DNA from: Anthoceros angustus
Lineage: Eukaryota; Plantae; Anthocerotophyta
DNA: 64,000 bases
Direction of reading: 5' to 3'
Assembly (NCBI GenBank): GCA_010909165.1
Contig: VJWM01000063.1
Coordinates: forward strand, 248,001-312,000
Part shown: positions 38,031-50,600 of the stretch, one piece after another
Numbering within the stretch: the stretch's first letter is position 1
Layout: the number at the start of each line of letters is the position of its first letter
Notes under the pieces: generated by a model
Told to the model about the DNA's origin: nothing
The model's database searches: none
Seen by the model: only the letters and a program-made list of their open reading frames with translations
Program-made: the position numbers and the translations under genes

Positions 38031-40609
38031 TGTGGTCTTCCATTATGTCTGCGAATGTGAAACATGGTCAGGACAAGGAGGCCATACAACTGTATCATCG
38101 TATGCGCAGGTCAAATGTGAAGCCAGATGGGCATGTGTTTGTGGCGGCCCTTCAGGCCTGTGCAAGGGGAGCAGACTTGGAATCTGGGCAGCAGGTTCAT
38201 GCTGATGTGCTGGCCAGTGGGGTTGAGCCTGATTTGTTTGTCTGTAATTGCTTGGTGGACATGTATGCCAAGTGTGGCAGCCTGGAAGAGGCTCAAAGAG
38301 TGTTTGATGGACTTGGTCAGAAGGACGTGGTAACATGGACTGCCATGATAGCAGGATATTCCCAGCAGGGCAGGGGCCAGGAAGCTCTCTGTCTATATAG
38401 TGGTATGCAGGAAGAAGGCATCGCTGTACCTAATTCTGTGACGTTTGTGTGCCTCCTGCAGGCATGTGCAGGAGTGGGCGCTCCAGCCCTGGTGAAGGGG
38501 AAGCAGCTTCATAGGCAAATTAGGGAACGAGGACAAGAGGCTGACGCGTTTGTGGCTAACAGTTTGGTGAACATGTATGCAAAGTGTGGCAGCTTAGAGG
38601 ATGCCCAGAGTGTGTTTGATGGACTTGTTCACAGAGACGTGGTGACGTGGAATGCCATGATAGCAGGGTATTCCCAGCAGGGAAAGGGCCAGGAAGCCCT
38701 TCGGCTGTACAGAGCTATGCAAGAAGAAGGCATGGCTGTACCCAATGCCGTGACATTTGTGTGCCTCCTGCAGGCATGTGCAAGTGTGGGGCCCATAGCT
38801 TTAGAGGAAGGGAAGCTTCTTCATACGCAAGTCAGGGAGCGAGGACTCCAAGCTGATGTGTTTGTAGCTGAGAGTTTGGTGAATATGTATGCAAAGTGTG
38901 GCAGCTTGGAGGACGCCAGGAGAACTTTTGATGGACTCGGTCAGAAAGATGTGGTGACGTGGAATGCCATGATAGCACGGTATTCCCAGCAGGGCAGGGG
39001 GCAGGAAGCCCTTTCTCTCTTCAGTACTATGCAACAAGAAGGAGTTGCCGTGCCTGATTCTGTGACATTTTTGTGCCTCCTGCAAGCATGTGCAAGTATG
39101 GGAACCCCAGCCCTCGAAAAGGGGAAGCAGCTTCATGCACAAATTAAAGAACAAGGACATCAAGCTGATAAGTTTGTGGCCAGCAGTTTGGTGAACATGT
39201 ATGCAAAGTGTGGCAGCTTGAAGGAAGCCCAGGAAGTGTTTGATGGGCTTGGTCAAAAAGATGTGGTGACGTGGACTGCTCTGATTGCAGGATATGCCCA
39301 GCAAGGCATGGGCCAGGAAGCTCTTCATCTCTACACTAATATGCAGGACGAAGGAATTGCTGTACCCAACTCTGTGACATTTGTGTGTCTCCTGCAGGCA
39401 TGTGCAAGCGTCGGCACTCCGGCATTGGAAAAGGGGAGGCAGCTACACACACAAATCAGAGGACAAGGACATGAAGCTGATGTGTTTGTAGCCAGCAGTT
39501 TGGTGAACATGTATGCAAAGTGCGGCAGCTTGGAAGACGCACAGCGAGTGTTTGACGGGCTTAGTGAAAAGAATGTGGTGACATGGACTGCCATGATCGC
39601 AGGGTATTCCCAGCAGGGAATGGGGCAGGAATCCCTTCGTCTCTATAGTGCTATGCAACAAGAAGGCATCGCTGTACCTGATTCCCTGACTTTCGTGTTC
39701 CTCCTGCAGGCATGTGCAAATGTGGCAGCTTTGCATCTTGGAAGGCAGTTACATGCAGAGATCCAGGAGCAAGGGCTTAAAGCTGATGTGTTTGTTGCAG
39801 GCAGTTTGATAAACATGTACGGAAAGTCTGGGAGCATGGTTGATGCACAGCAGGTTTTTGATGCGTTGCCCATAAGAGATGCTATCGCCTGGAGTGCCCT
39901 GATTGCAGGCTACGCCTGTCAAGGAGACAGTGACGTTGTTTTTGACTTGGTCCAGAAAATGAGAGACGACGGCATCCAGCCAGTTGGCATCACATTCCTC
40001 AGTGTACTAACTGTGTGCAGTCACGCAGGTCTGGTGAACAAGGGGAGAGAGTACTTCGAGGCCATGAGCAGACACTACGGCATCACGCCGACAGTGGAGC
40101 ACTACACATGCATGGTGGATCTCCTGGGTCGTGCAGGTCGTTTGGATGAGGCACTGGATTTGTTAAAGACCATGCAAATTGTGCCGACTGCTGCAGTTTG
40201 GCACACTCTTTTGGGGGCCTGTCGAAAGTGGAACAACGTGAATGTGGGACGCCTTGCTTTCAATGAAGCAATGAAGCTAGACCACACGGATGCTGCAGCA
40301 TACGTGTTCATGTCCAACATATACAGCGGAGCCCAGATGTGGGCGGAGGCACAGGAGATGCAGGCGAGGAGAATAGAAGTTGGGGCTTGGAAGCAGCCAG
40401 GCCAGAGTTGGTGGACAGACATGGAGGGACTGGTGCACACATTTTTGGTTGGAGATGAAAGACATCTCGAAAGTGAAGCTATTTATGCAAGACTGAAACT
40501 GCTGTTCTCGGAAATGGAGAGAATTGGGTATGTGCCAGTTGTGCAGCCGACGTCTTCAGGGGACGTCTCTGATGAAACATCTCTGGAGCAAGCGTCCACT
40601 TGGGAGTAG
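38030..40609 (+). CDS. PLS-class pentatricopeptide repeat RNA-editing factor, E1-E2-E+ (WW-type PG box, no DYW deaminase core); true N-terminus lies in the mosaic upstream
   Basis: Intronless 859-aa ORF with six P-L-S triplets, P2-L2-S2 ([15 protein letters not shown]), E1, E2, then KQPGQSWWTD...HTFLVGD..H...GYVP and stop without HxE/CxxC. Confidence 0.93.
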   Translation: MWSSIMSANVKHGQDKEAIQLYHRMRRSNVKPDGHVFVAALQACARGADLESGQQVHADVLASGVEPDLFVCNCLVDMYAKCGSLEEAQRVFDGLGQKDVVTWTAMIAGYSQQGRGQEALCLYSGMQEEGIAVPNSVTFVCLLQACAGVGAPALVKGKQLHRQIRERGQEADAFVANSLVNMYAKCGSLEDAQSVFDGLVHRDVVTWNAMIAGYSQQGKGQEALRLYRAMQEEGMAVPNAVTFVCLLQACASVGPIALEEGKLLHTQVRERGLQADVFVAESLVNMYAKCGSLEDARRTFDGLGQKDVVTWNAMIARYSQQGRGQEALSLFSTMQQEGVAVPDSVTFLCLLQACASMGTPALEKGKQLHAQIKEQGHQADKFVASSLVNMYAKCGSLKEAQEVFDGLGQKDVVTWTALIAGYAQQGMGQEALHLYTNMQDEGIAVPNSVTFVCLLQACASVGTPALEKGRQLHTQIRGQGHEADVFVASSLVNMYAKCGSLEDAQRVFDGLSEKNVVTWTAMIAGYSQQGMGQESLRLYSAMQQEGIAVPDSLTFVFLLQACANVAALHLGRQLHAEIQEQGLKADVFVAGSLINMYGKSGSMVDAQQVFDALPIRDAIAWSALIAGYACQGDSDVVFDLVQKMRDDGIQPVGITFLSVLTVCSHAGLVNKGREYFEAMSRHYGITPTVEHYTCMVDLLGRAGRLDEALDLLKTMQIVPTAAVWHTLLGACRKWNNVNVGRLAFNEAMKLDHTDAAAYVFMSNIYSGAQMWAEAQEMQARRIEVGAWKQPGQSWWTDMEGLVHTFLVGDERHLESEAIYARLKLLFSEMERIGYVPVVQPTSSGDVSDETSLEQASTWE

Positions 40610-41249
40610 AGTGCACTACCAGGCAGTGGACCTCCATGTGGACTACCATGGCGGAGAGTCTGGACGACTGAAGAAGCACTTTGACCCTGCACATTGCTCA
40701 CTTACCTGCCACAGGTAAGTGAGCTCTGTGCAGGATGAAAGTGCTTCTTCTACCACGATCTCCATGGCCACCAGCTTTTCGGACTCAAATCTTTCTCGCA
40801 TATGTGGTATCTGTTTGGTCCCAATCCTGCAATGTCATAACCATTTCAGAGCCCCAGCCTGAAGGAATCCACATGCTGAAGGAATCCAAGGTGTGACAAA
40901 ACACTGGAGTATGTACATACGCACCAAAAGATCATGCAGTTACGTAGATGGTTGACCATAACTACAGTCAGCCCACTAACACTGGCACCAGCCACTGCCA
41001 ACGGCTGGCTCCCTATAGGGGTTCAAAACTCGCCTGGCCCCGTCGAGGGATTTCAACCTACACCTAAAGAACTTCATTCTTCCTACGAAAACCCATGTAT
41101 AGCCCTTTAGCCCTGGTCGAGCTCCAAGCCGCTCGGGAGACCCATCAGCATTACACCTAACCTTCCTACTTCCAAACAACTAGAACAAAAAATTCCACTC
41201 ATCTTGCAAGTCACACCACACTTAATTTTCCAACTTCCAAACAACTAGA

Positions 41250-43110
41250 ACAAGGACATGAAGCTGATGTGTTTGTTGCAGGCAGTTTGATAAACATGTA
41301 CGGAAAGTCTGGAGCATGGTTGATGCACAGCAGGTTTTTGATCGTTGCCCATAAGAGATGCTATCGCCTGGAGTGCCCTGATTGCAGGATATGCCCAGCA
41401 GGGCAGGAAGCCTTCATCTCTACACTAATATGCAGGACGAAGGTGCTGTACCAACTCTGTGACATTTGTGTGCCTCCTGCAGGCATGTGCAAGTCGGCAC
41501 TCCGGCATTGGAAAGGGAGGCAGCTCACACAAATCAGAGAGACAAGGACATGAAGCTGATGTGTTTGTTGCAGGCAGTTTGATAAACATGTACGGAAAGT
41601 CTGGAGCATGGTTGATGCACAGCAGGTTTTTGATCGTTGCCCATAAGAGATGCTATCGCCTGGAGTGCCCTGATTGCAGGATATGCCCAGCAGGGGAATG
41701 GGCAGGAAGCCCTTCGTCTCTATAGTGCTATGCAACAAGAAGGCATCGCTGTACCTGATTCCCTGACTTTTGTGTTCCTCCTGCAGGCATGTGCAAATGT
41801 GGCAGCTTTGCATCTTGGAAGGCAGTTACATGCAGAGATCCAGGAGCAAGGGCTTAAAGCTGATGTGTTTGTTGCAGGCAGTTTGATAAACATGTACGGA
41901 AAGTCTGGAGCATGGTTGATGCACAGCAGGTTTTTGATGCGTTGCCCATAAGAGATGCTATCGCCTGGAGTGCCCTGATTGCAGGCTACGCCTGTCAAGG
42001 AGACAGTGACGTTGTTTTGACTTGGTCCAGAAAATGAGAGGATGGCATCCAGCCAGTTGGCATCACATTCCTCAGTGTACTAACTGTGTGCAGTCACGCA
42101 GGTCTGGTGAACAAGGGAGAGAGTACTTGAGGCCATGAGCAGACACTACATCACTCACAGTGGAGCACTACACATGCATGGTGGATCTCCTGGGTCGTGC
42201 AGGTCGTTTGGATGAGGCACTGGATTTGTTAAAGACCATGCAAATTGTGCCGACTGCTGCAGTTTGGCACACTCTTTGTAGGTCGATGAGGCCATCATGT
42301 ACCAGGTATACATGTTTCACTTTTTCCTATGTAAAAACAGGTAATTTGTTTTACATATATTACATAGTCTTATATATATTAAATATTTCTATTTCATTTA
42401 ATAGATTGATTAATTTATCATCAAAACTGTATGTCCTGAATGTTGATATTGGGAGCGAGAAAAAGATTGTGACTAAAGACCCATCTCTACGTATGCAATC
42501 AAGCGTGTCTGTTAATTAGTTTTGTAATAGGATTAGAGACGAAATTTACTGTAATGATATCTTCGGCTTGGTGGCAGTAAGGTTTTGGTAAGCATGCGAG
42601 CGAGAGAAACCCAAGGGAGAAAATGCCAAGTCGTGGGAATCGGATGCTGCAGCATACGTGTTCATGTCCAACATATACAGCGGAGCCCCAGATGTGGGCG
42701 GAGGCACAGGAGATGCAGGCGAGGAGAATAGAAGTTGGGGCTTGGAAGCAGCCAGGCCAGAGTTGGTGGACAGACATGGAGGGACTGGTGCACACATTTT
42801 TGGTTGGAGATGAAAGACATCTCGAAAGTGAAGCTATTTATGCAAGCCACTGCCAACGGCTGGCTCCCTATAGGGGTTCAAAACTCGCCTGGCCCCGTCG
42901 AGGGATTTCAACCTACACCTAAAGAACTTCATTCTTCCTACGAAAACCCATGTATAGCCCTGAGTACCGGTCGAGCTCCAAGCCGCTCGGGAGACCCATC
43001 AGCATTACACCTAACCTTCCTACTTCCAAACAACTAGAACAAAAAATTCCACTCATCTTGCAAGTCACACCACACTTAATTTTCCAACTTCCAAACAACT
43101 AGAACAAGGA
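41250..43110 (+). repeat. Noisy rearranged copies of PPR 3' end and flanking sequence
   Basis: 41250-42280 copies PPR motifs with indels; 42280-42640 = 44210-44590; 42640-42845 = PPR E2/E+; 42845-43110 = 40990-41250. Confidence 0.8.
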
Positions 43111-43448
43111 ATTTCCCTCATCTTGCAAGTCACACAGCCACAAAGAGATATGAGTAAAATTGTCTTCCTTGAAGAGTGACATCCAGACTTGAGTTCACTG
43201 GAACTCCACATGAGTTCAATAGAATTCGCCAATTAAGCAGCCTTTGGTGGGCTCATTGCTCAGATGGGGTGCTTTCCTTCTCCCACTTTCATGGCCTTAT
43301 GGGGCTACATGTTTGGGGCTACATATTATAACACCATACCTTCGTCTCCACAGCGTGCGGGACCGTCAGTTGTTAGTGCCTTGGGGTTACTCCATATCAT
43401 ATTTATTCCCTATGCGGAACTTCTATTGTATTGAGTAGAAACTGATTC

Positions 43449-43486
43449 AAACCCTATACCTTAAACCCTAAACCCTAAATCCTAAA
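43449..43486. repeat. Short degenerate interstitial plant telomeric tract (AAACCCT)n
   Basis: aaaccctataccttaaaccctaaaccctaaatcctaaa; duplicated at ~46205-46243. Confidence 0.6.
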
Positions 43487-43518
43487 TTAACAGTCATAGT
43501 ATGAACAACATACATTAC

Positions 43519-44150
43519 AGAAGAAGAAGAAGAAGAATTTTATTTAAGTCCACTAAGGACGGATTTCCGTCATGGGACTTGGTACTTAACAACTTGTACC
43601 ATGGTGTGCCTAAGCTACTTGCACCAAGGGCATCCACTCCCTTTAGGCACCCCATCTAAGTACCGATCCAAGCTTAGGATGCTTAATCACGGCGTTCTTA
43701 TATACGTGTGTCCATTTGGCCTAGGCCATTTGGACACACATGAACCGCACACCATGGACTCTAGCAGTTTCTGTAAAGGATATGGTTCTTAAACACAACA
43801 ATGGCTCATGGTAATTTCGCACACAGTTCCGCAACGAGAGCAATTTATGTTCAGTAGGATCATGACTTTTAATAAGGTGATCCCATGCTTTTATACCCAT
43901 AGAAGACTATGTTGAAAGGACTTTTATTAAGTTTTCTATTCCTATTTTGTTGCTTTCTTTCAACAAAATGTGGTATCCACTGCTCTCCAAAGTGCTGTGA
44001 TAGTAGCTATTGCATCCTTCGCTTTCCAAACTGTTGTGGCAGGGGCAATTTTTCGGATGAGAACAAATGCAAGTAAGTAATACTTTGGCAAGAACGTAGT
44101 ATACAGTTGGTAGGCGTCCAAAGTCCTAGCTACATTGAAGCAACAAAAGA
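43519..44150 (-). mobile_element. Degraded L1-like LINE 3' remnant with (TTC)n tail
   Basis: Minus-strand HLF...CP.ATTVWKA (zf-RVT-like, frameshifted) near 44020-44070 and a (GAA)6 tract at 43519-43537. Confidence 0.35.
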
Positions 44151-44956
44151 TTTTGATTCAATGTTTATGGATCGTAGAACTTCTACTTAACCCTTTTAGG
44201 GTCTTCCGCTACACTCTTTGTAGGTCGATGAGGCCATCATGTACCAGGTATACATGTTTCACTTTTTTCCTATGTGTAAAAAACAGGTAATTTGTTTTAC
44301 ATATATTACATAGTCTTATATATATTAAATATTTCTATTTCATTTAATAGATTGATTAATTTATCATCAAAACTGTATGTCCCGAATGTTGATATTGGGA
44401 GCGAGAAAAAAGATTGTGACTAAAGACCCATCTCTACGTATGCAATCAAGCGTGTCTGTTAATTAGTTTTGTAATAGGATTAGAGACGAAATTTACTGTA
44501 ATGATATCTTCGGCTTGGTGGCAGTAAGGTTTTGGTAAGCATGCGAGCGAGAGAAACCCAAGGGAGAAAATGCCAAGTCGTGGGAATCGGATGCTGGTGC
44601 AAACTGCCCTTCACTTGGTGAGCTAAGCTACGTCCGTGGCCGTGCCCAGTGTGCAAATATTTAGCTGCGTGGAGACCAAGGAGGAGGGAGCTGATTGCAA
44701 TAGAGCAGACCATGTGGGACGGCCTGGACACAAGGTGGCGTAATTTTGGTCCACCCTCCAATATCCTCCAGTCGCAAACGCTCGTATGTAGAAGAGAACC
44801 AAACAAGCCTGGAATAAGTAGCCCGTGGGGCTTAACCGAGACGAGACTGGCTTGAAGGCAGGCAGGGACAAGGTGGATTGTCTCGGACACCAGGACCACC
44901 GTTCCCTCCCGGTGCGTGGCGCGCAGCTAGGGTTTGTCCATGCTGAGCGAGGTTCC

Positions 44957-46175
44957 ATGGGCGCAGGAGCCGGTGCTGCAGCCCCCGTAGACCACGACCT
45001 TTCTCCTCGCCTGGCTGCCATCGAAAAAGCTCAAGCGGAGCTGAGGTTTGCCTCTCTACTTTCTCGCCTCCGTAAACCCTCATATCATGTTTCAGTGATG
45101 CCATTGTGTCACCCCATTGTCAGCTGGTAGTACCCATCCAGTTCCGTGTGCCTATCTCTGCTTTGAATTGGGCTCAAGTCGTGCCAGGTCGCACTTGCTA
45201 CTTGTGCATAACGTGCCAATCTGCTATGCAAGTCCCGGCACTGGACGGCTTTTATTCACTGCCCTGCTCTCTTGCTGCTCAGGCTGGAAGTAGCTGTTCG
45301 AGAGGAGCGCAGGAGGGAGCTGGAATTTTTGGAAAAGGTAACACTTTCATCTGTGACTCGGTCCACAACTATATCGTGTGCTGGCAGCAATTTATCCATT
45401 CTCAGCCCAGCTTAACTGTATGGTAACATGTGTTTCTCCAATTCACCTCTGTCACTAAAATCATTTCCTTTCCCATCCGTCAAGCGTGCTCATGCATTAG
45501 CTCCCAGCAAGTGCGACACATGTTAGTTCTTTGGCAATCATCATCCTTTCTGTGCTGTAGCTCGTCACCTTTCTTACTGTTCCTACCTTGAGTTTTTATA
45601 CCTCAGTCTTTACCAGCTTGTGCTTCAAATTTTAATGCCTTTATATTTTCATGCGCATGCTTGCTTTGCAGGGTGGGAATCCCTTGGATTTTCAGGTCGG
45701 AGATATCATAAACCCATCTCGATCATCAACAGATCCACTGGCTGACCAGTTGCTGCCAATGTCTCGAATCTTCCCCCTTTATGACTTTCGTTGTTTTCTG
45801 AGGCCGATTTGCTTGTTCTCCTCTGCAGCAGTTTAAGGCTTTCTGTTTTTGTGTCAAACTTACACATGATTGGTTAATCGTGGCATGTGGTTTTGTCAAT
45901 TGAAACTTCATGGTCAAAGAAGAGTCTAACGCTCAGTCCGAAATTGCTTGTCCTGACCAGACATCTGTGGGCTGCAGTGGGGCCAAGGCTTGTTCTATTG
46001 AGAATTGCCTGCAGTCTGGAGAAGTTTTGCCGCCATACAGCTGTGAGGCTGCTGTAACACATGCTGTGGAGCCAGGGCAGAGGGAATGTCGATGGCCTCT
46101 TTCTAGGGCTCCTCCTGTGAGAGCACTAGCCTGCAGTGGAATGCCAAGGAGGTTCTCCATCAAATGGCCCCCATG
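44957..46175 (+). pseudogene. EAF1: EAF1 5' duplicate (intact exon 1, truncated)
   Basis: MGAGAGAAAPVDHDLSPRLAAIEKAQAELR | LEVAVREERRRELEFLEK | GGNPLDF; ends at the duplication junction. Confidence 0.75.
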
Positions 46176-47674
46176 GAACTTCTATTGTATTGAGTAGGCG
46201 ATTCAAACCCTATACCTTAAACCCTAAACCCTAAATCCTAAATTAATAGTCATAGTATGAACAACATACATTACTGGAAGAAGAAGAAGAAGAATTTTAT
46301 TTAAGTCCACTAAGGACGGATTTCGTCATGGGACTTGGTATAACAACTTGTACCATGGTGTGCCTAAGCTACTTGCACCAAGGGCATCCACTCCCTTTAG
46401 GCACCCATCTAAGTACCGATCCAAGCTTAGGATGCTTAATCACGGTTCTTATACGTGTGTCCATTTGGCCTAGGCCATTTGGACACATGAACCGCACACC
46501 ATGGACTCTAGCAGAGCGATATGGTTCTTAAACACAACAATGGCTCATGGTAATTTCGCACAAGCGAGCAATTTATGTTCGAGGATCATGACTTTTTAAT
46601 AAGGTGATCCCATGCTTTTATACCCATAGAAGACTATGTTGAAAGGACTTTTATTAAGTTTTCTATTCCTATTTTGTTGCTTTCTTTCAACAAAATGTGG
46701 TATCCACTGCTCTCCAAAGTGCCGTGATAGTAGCTATTGCATCCTTCGCTTTCCAAACTGTTGTGGCAGGGGCAATTTTTCGGATGAGAACAAATGCAAG
46801 TAAGTAATACTTTGGCAAGAACGTAGTATACACATGGTAGGCCCAAAGTCCTAGCTACATTGAAGCAACAAAAGATTTTGATTCAATGTTTATGGATCGT
46901 AGAACTTCTACTTAACCTTTTAGGGTCTTCCGCTACACTCTTTGTAGGTCGATGAGGCCATCATGTACCAGGTATACATGTTTCACTTTTTCCTATGTAA
47001 AACAGGTAATTTGTTTTACATATATTACATAGTCTTATATATATTAAATATTTCTATTTCATTTAATAGATTGATTAATTTATCATCAAAACTGTATGTC
47101 CTGAATGTTGATATTGGGAGCGAGAAAAAGATTGTGACTAAAGACCCATCTCTACGTATGCAATCAAGCGTGTCTGTTAATTAGTTTTGTAATAGGATTA
47201 GAGACGAAATTTACTGTAATGATATCTTCGGCTTGGTGGCAGTAAGGTTTTGGTAAGCATGCGAGCGAGAGAAACCCAAGGGGAGAAAATGCCAAGTCGT
47301 GGGAATCGGATGCTGGTGCAAACTGCCCTTCACTTGGTGAGCTAAGCTACGTCCGTGGCCGTGCCCAGTGTGCAAATATTTAGCTGCGTGGAGACCAAGG
47401 AGGAGGGAGCTGATTGCAATAGAGCAGACCATGTGGGACGGCCTGGACACAAGGTGGCGTAATTTTGGTCCACCCTCCAATATCCTCCAGTCGCAAACGC
47501 TCGTATGTAGAAGAGAACCAAACAAGCCTGGAATAAGTAGCCCGTGGGCTTAACCGAGACGAGACTGGCTTGAAGGCAGGCAGGGACAAGGTGGATTGTC
47601 TCGGACACCAGGACCACCGTTCCCTCCCGGTGCGTGGCGCGCAGCTAGGGTTTGTCCATGCTGAGCGAGGTTCC

Positions 47675-50600
47675 ATGGGCGCAGGAGCCGGTGCTGCAGC
47701 CCCTGTAGACCACGACCTTCTCCTCGCCTGGCTGCCATCGAAAAGCTCAAGCGGAGCTGAGGTTTGCCTCTCTACTTTCTCGCCTCCGTAAACCCTCATA
47801 TCATGTTTCAGTGATGCCATTGTGTCACCCCATTGTCAGCTGGTAGTACCCATCCAGTTCCGTGTGCCTATCTCTGCTTTGAATTGGGCTCAAGTCGTGC
47901 CAGGTCGCACTTGCTACTTGTGCATAACGTGCCAATCTGCTATGCCAAGTCCCGGCACTGGACGGCTTTTTATTCACTGCCCTGCTCTCTTGCTGCTCAG
48001 GCTGGAAGTAGCTGTTCGAGAGGAGCGCAGGAGGGAGCTGGAATTTTTGGAAAAGGTAACACTTTCATCTGTGACTCGGTCCACAACTATATCGTGTGCT
48101 GGCAGCAATTTATCCATTCTCAGCCCAGCTTAACTGTATGGTAACATGTGTTTCTCCAATTCACCTCTGTCACTAAAATCATTTCCTTTCCCATCCGTCA
48201 AGCGTGCTCATGCATTAGCTCCCAGCAAGTGCGACACATTAGTTCTTTGGCAATCATCATCCTTTCTGTGCTGTAGCTCGTCACCTTTCTTACTGTTCCT
48301 ACCTTGAGTTTTTATACCTCAGTCTTTACCAGCTTGTGCTTCAAATTTTAATGCCTTTATATTTTCATGCGCATGCTTGCTTTGCAGGGTGGGAATCCCT
48401 TGGATTTTCAGGTCGGAGATATCATAAACCCATCTCGATCATCAACAGATCCACTGGCTGACCAGTTGCTGCCAATGTCTCGAATCTTCCCCCTTTATGA
48501 CTTTCGTTGTTTTCTGAGGCCGATTTGCTTGTTCTCCTCTGCAGCAGTTTAAGGCTTTCTGTTTTTGTGTCAAACTTACACATGATTGGTTAATCGTGGC
48601 ATGTGGTTTTGTCAATTGAAACTTCATGGTCAAAGAAGAGTCTAACGCTCAGTCCGAAATTGCTTGTCCTGACCAGACATCTGTGGGCTGCAGTGGGGCC
48701 AAGGCTTGTTCTATTGAGAATTGCCTGCAGTCTGGAGAAGTTTTGCCGCCATACAGCTGTGAGGCTGCTGTAACACATGCTGTGGAGCCAGGGCAGAGGG
48801 AATGTCGATGGCCTCTTTCTAGGGCTCCTCCCTGTGAGAGCACTAGCCTGCAGTGGAATGCCAAGGGAGGTTCTCCATCAAATGGCCCCCATGGTGAGGG
48901 TGAAACTGAAATCGAACTTGGGCCATTGAAAGGGAGGGAGGCTGCTGGAGGAGGGTGGACAAGTACAAGTCAGTCGTACATGCGACGAAACAGGCCTAGA
49001 TTGAAGTTGGAGGGATCCAGTGATGTGGTCACTGAGGTGGATGAGGATGCAGCTGGAAAGAATGGGTTGCAAGGAATGTCCACTGGCCCAGTGACTTCTG
49101 CGGATGTTGTTCTCAAGAAGACAGTGCTGGTGGATGATACGTCTCAGCCTCAACCCACTTCTTCTGTGGATGCTGATTGTGGGCTTACAGATAATCATAT
49201 CATAGATACGCAGCAATGTAGTCCAATGAATGCCAGCCTTTCATGTAATCAGGCTGATGAACCCCTGGCTCTGACAGATGATAACAAGGGTTGGGAACAC
49301 CAGCCTGAATCTACTCCTCTCGACAATCACAAAGACAATTGCCAGACTCATGTGGCACCCACGCTGGAGGTTTTGGCAAGCACAGACAGCAACGAATCAG
49401 CAAAGTTGCTTTCTGAAGTTAAGGTGCCTACAGCATCAGGTCATGATGCAACTTGTGGGGATGTAACTGTTGGGAGCAGTGGGTGCTCGATTGTGGATGA
49501 AAATGGCTGTTGTACTACGGGAAGGGTTCACAGTGAAATGTGGAAGGCAGAGGCGGCCGCTCCTGCATTGGAGGTGTTGGATCTTGATGAAAAGGGAATT
49601 CAGAATGTGGCAACTGGGACTGTGGTGGCAGCGAATGCTGCAGATGATAATATGCCAGACACACAAGTTCTCCAGCCAAAGCTTGAGAATTATGTTGTGT
49701 CTTACAATTCAGACGTGCCAGACTTTGAACCTGATGGGTTCAGACTTCAAGAGGATAATTGTTCTCATTCAGTTGCAGTATCGGCTGATGAATTTAAGTT
49801 TCGAGATCAGCCTGCTGTCATATCAGGAGCCCTAGTTGGTCTCAGTAGGTCGAGTGTGAGAGCAGCAAATGCTGCAAACAGGTTCCCTGGAGTTGTTCTT
49901 CCATGGGAGAAAGAGAAAGACCCTGTCATGATTGCAGAAGCTGAAAGACGGAAAGCCACTATTTCAGCTGCAGCAAAGAAGGCACAAGAGGATTGCATTC
50001 TTGAAGAAGCAGAGACTATCATGGTTTGCTGCTGGGCTCTTAAACTTTGCCGTTTCTTTGCTGTACGCTTTCGTATGAATGGCTCACTGTGGCTCACGAT
50101 TTTTCAAACCATGAATGTAGGCTTCAAGATCACAAGTTGCTGAGCTGGATCGGAGAAAGCCGATTCATGAACCAGTGAGAAGGACATCACACTGGGATTA
50201 TGTGTTACAGGAGATGACATGGATGGCGAATGATTTTATGCAGGTTTAGACCCCTTCCTTTATTGAAGTTTTGTAAGGTGCTGAGTGCTTCTTGGCTTCA
50301 CATTGCGCACTGCCTTCATTTGATGCAGGAGCGGTCATGGAAGACTGCATCAGCTGCTCAGCTGGCTAAATGTGCTGCTATGGCTCAGCTAGGATTCACT
50401 GCGGCTGAGAAAGATCTGATTAAAATGCAGCGGCTTGTAGCTCACACATTGGCAGATGCAGTGGTTAGGTTCTGGCAAACAGTCAGTGCCTGTCTCAAGA
50501 AAAGCAGTTATGATATCAAAGCAGGAGAAACAAGCAATTTCAGTGATGGATCTGTTCCCATGGAAGTGGACATGCCTGTTGAGGAAGAGGTATGTCCTTT

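Larger units (their letters stand above)
43417..48893. repeat. Tandem duplication (43417-46175 / 46176-48893) including EAF1 5' exons
   Basis: Same ORFs twice (e.g. MRMLALQGGNPLDFQVG...). Junction ggccccca|tggaacttctattg. Confidence 0.88.

Noticed and set aside
40350-40720. U-to-C (DYW:KP/GRP-type) editing enzyme
   Set aside because: PG box is the WW type, not KPAxA, and no deaminase motifs follow in any frame.
43449-43486. Chromosome end or fusion scar
   Set aside because: Only ~5 degenerate telomeric units; common interstitial tract.
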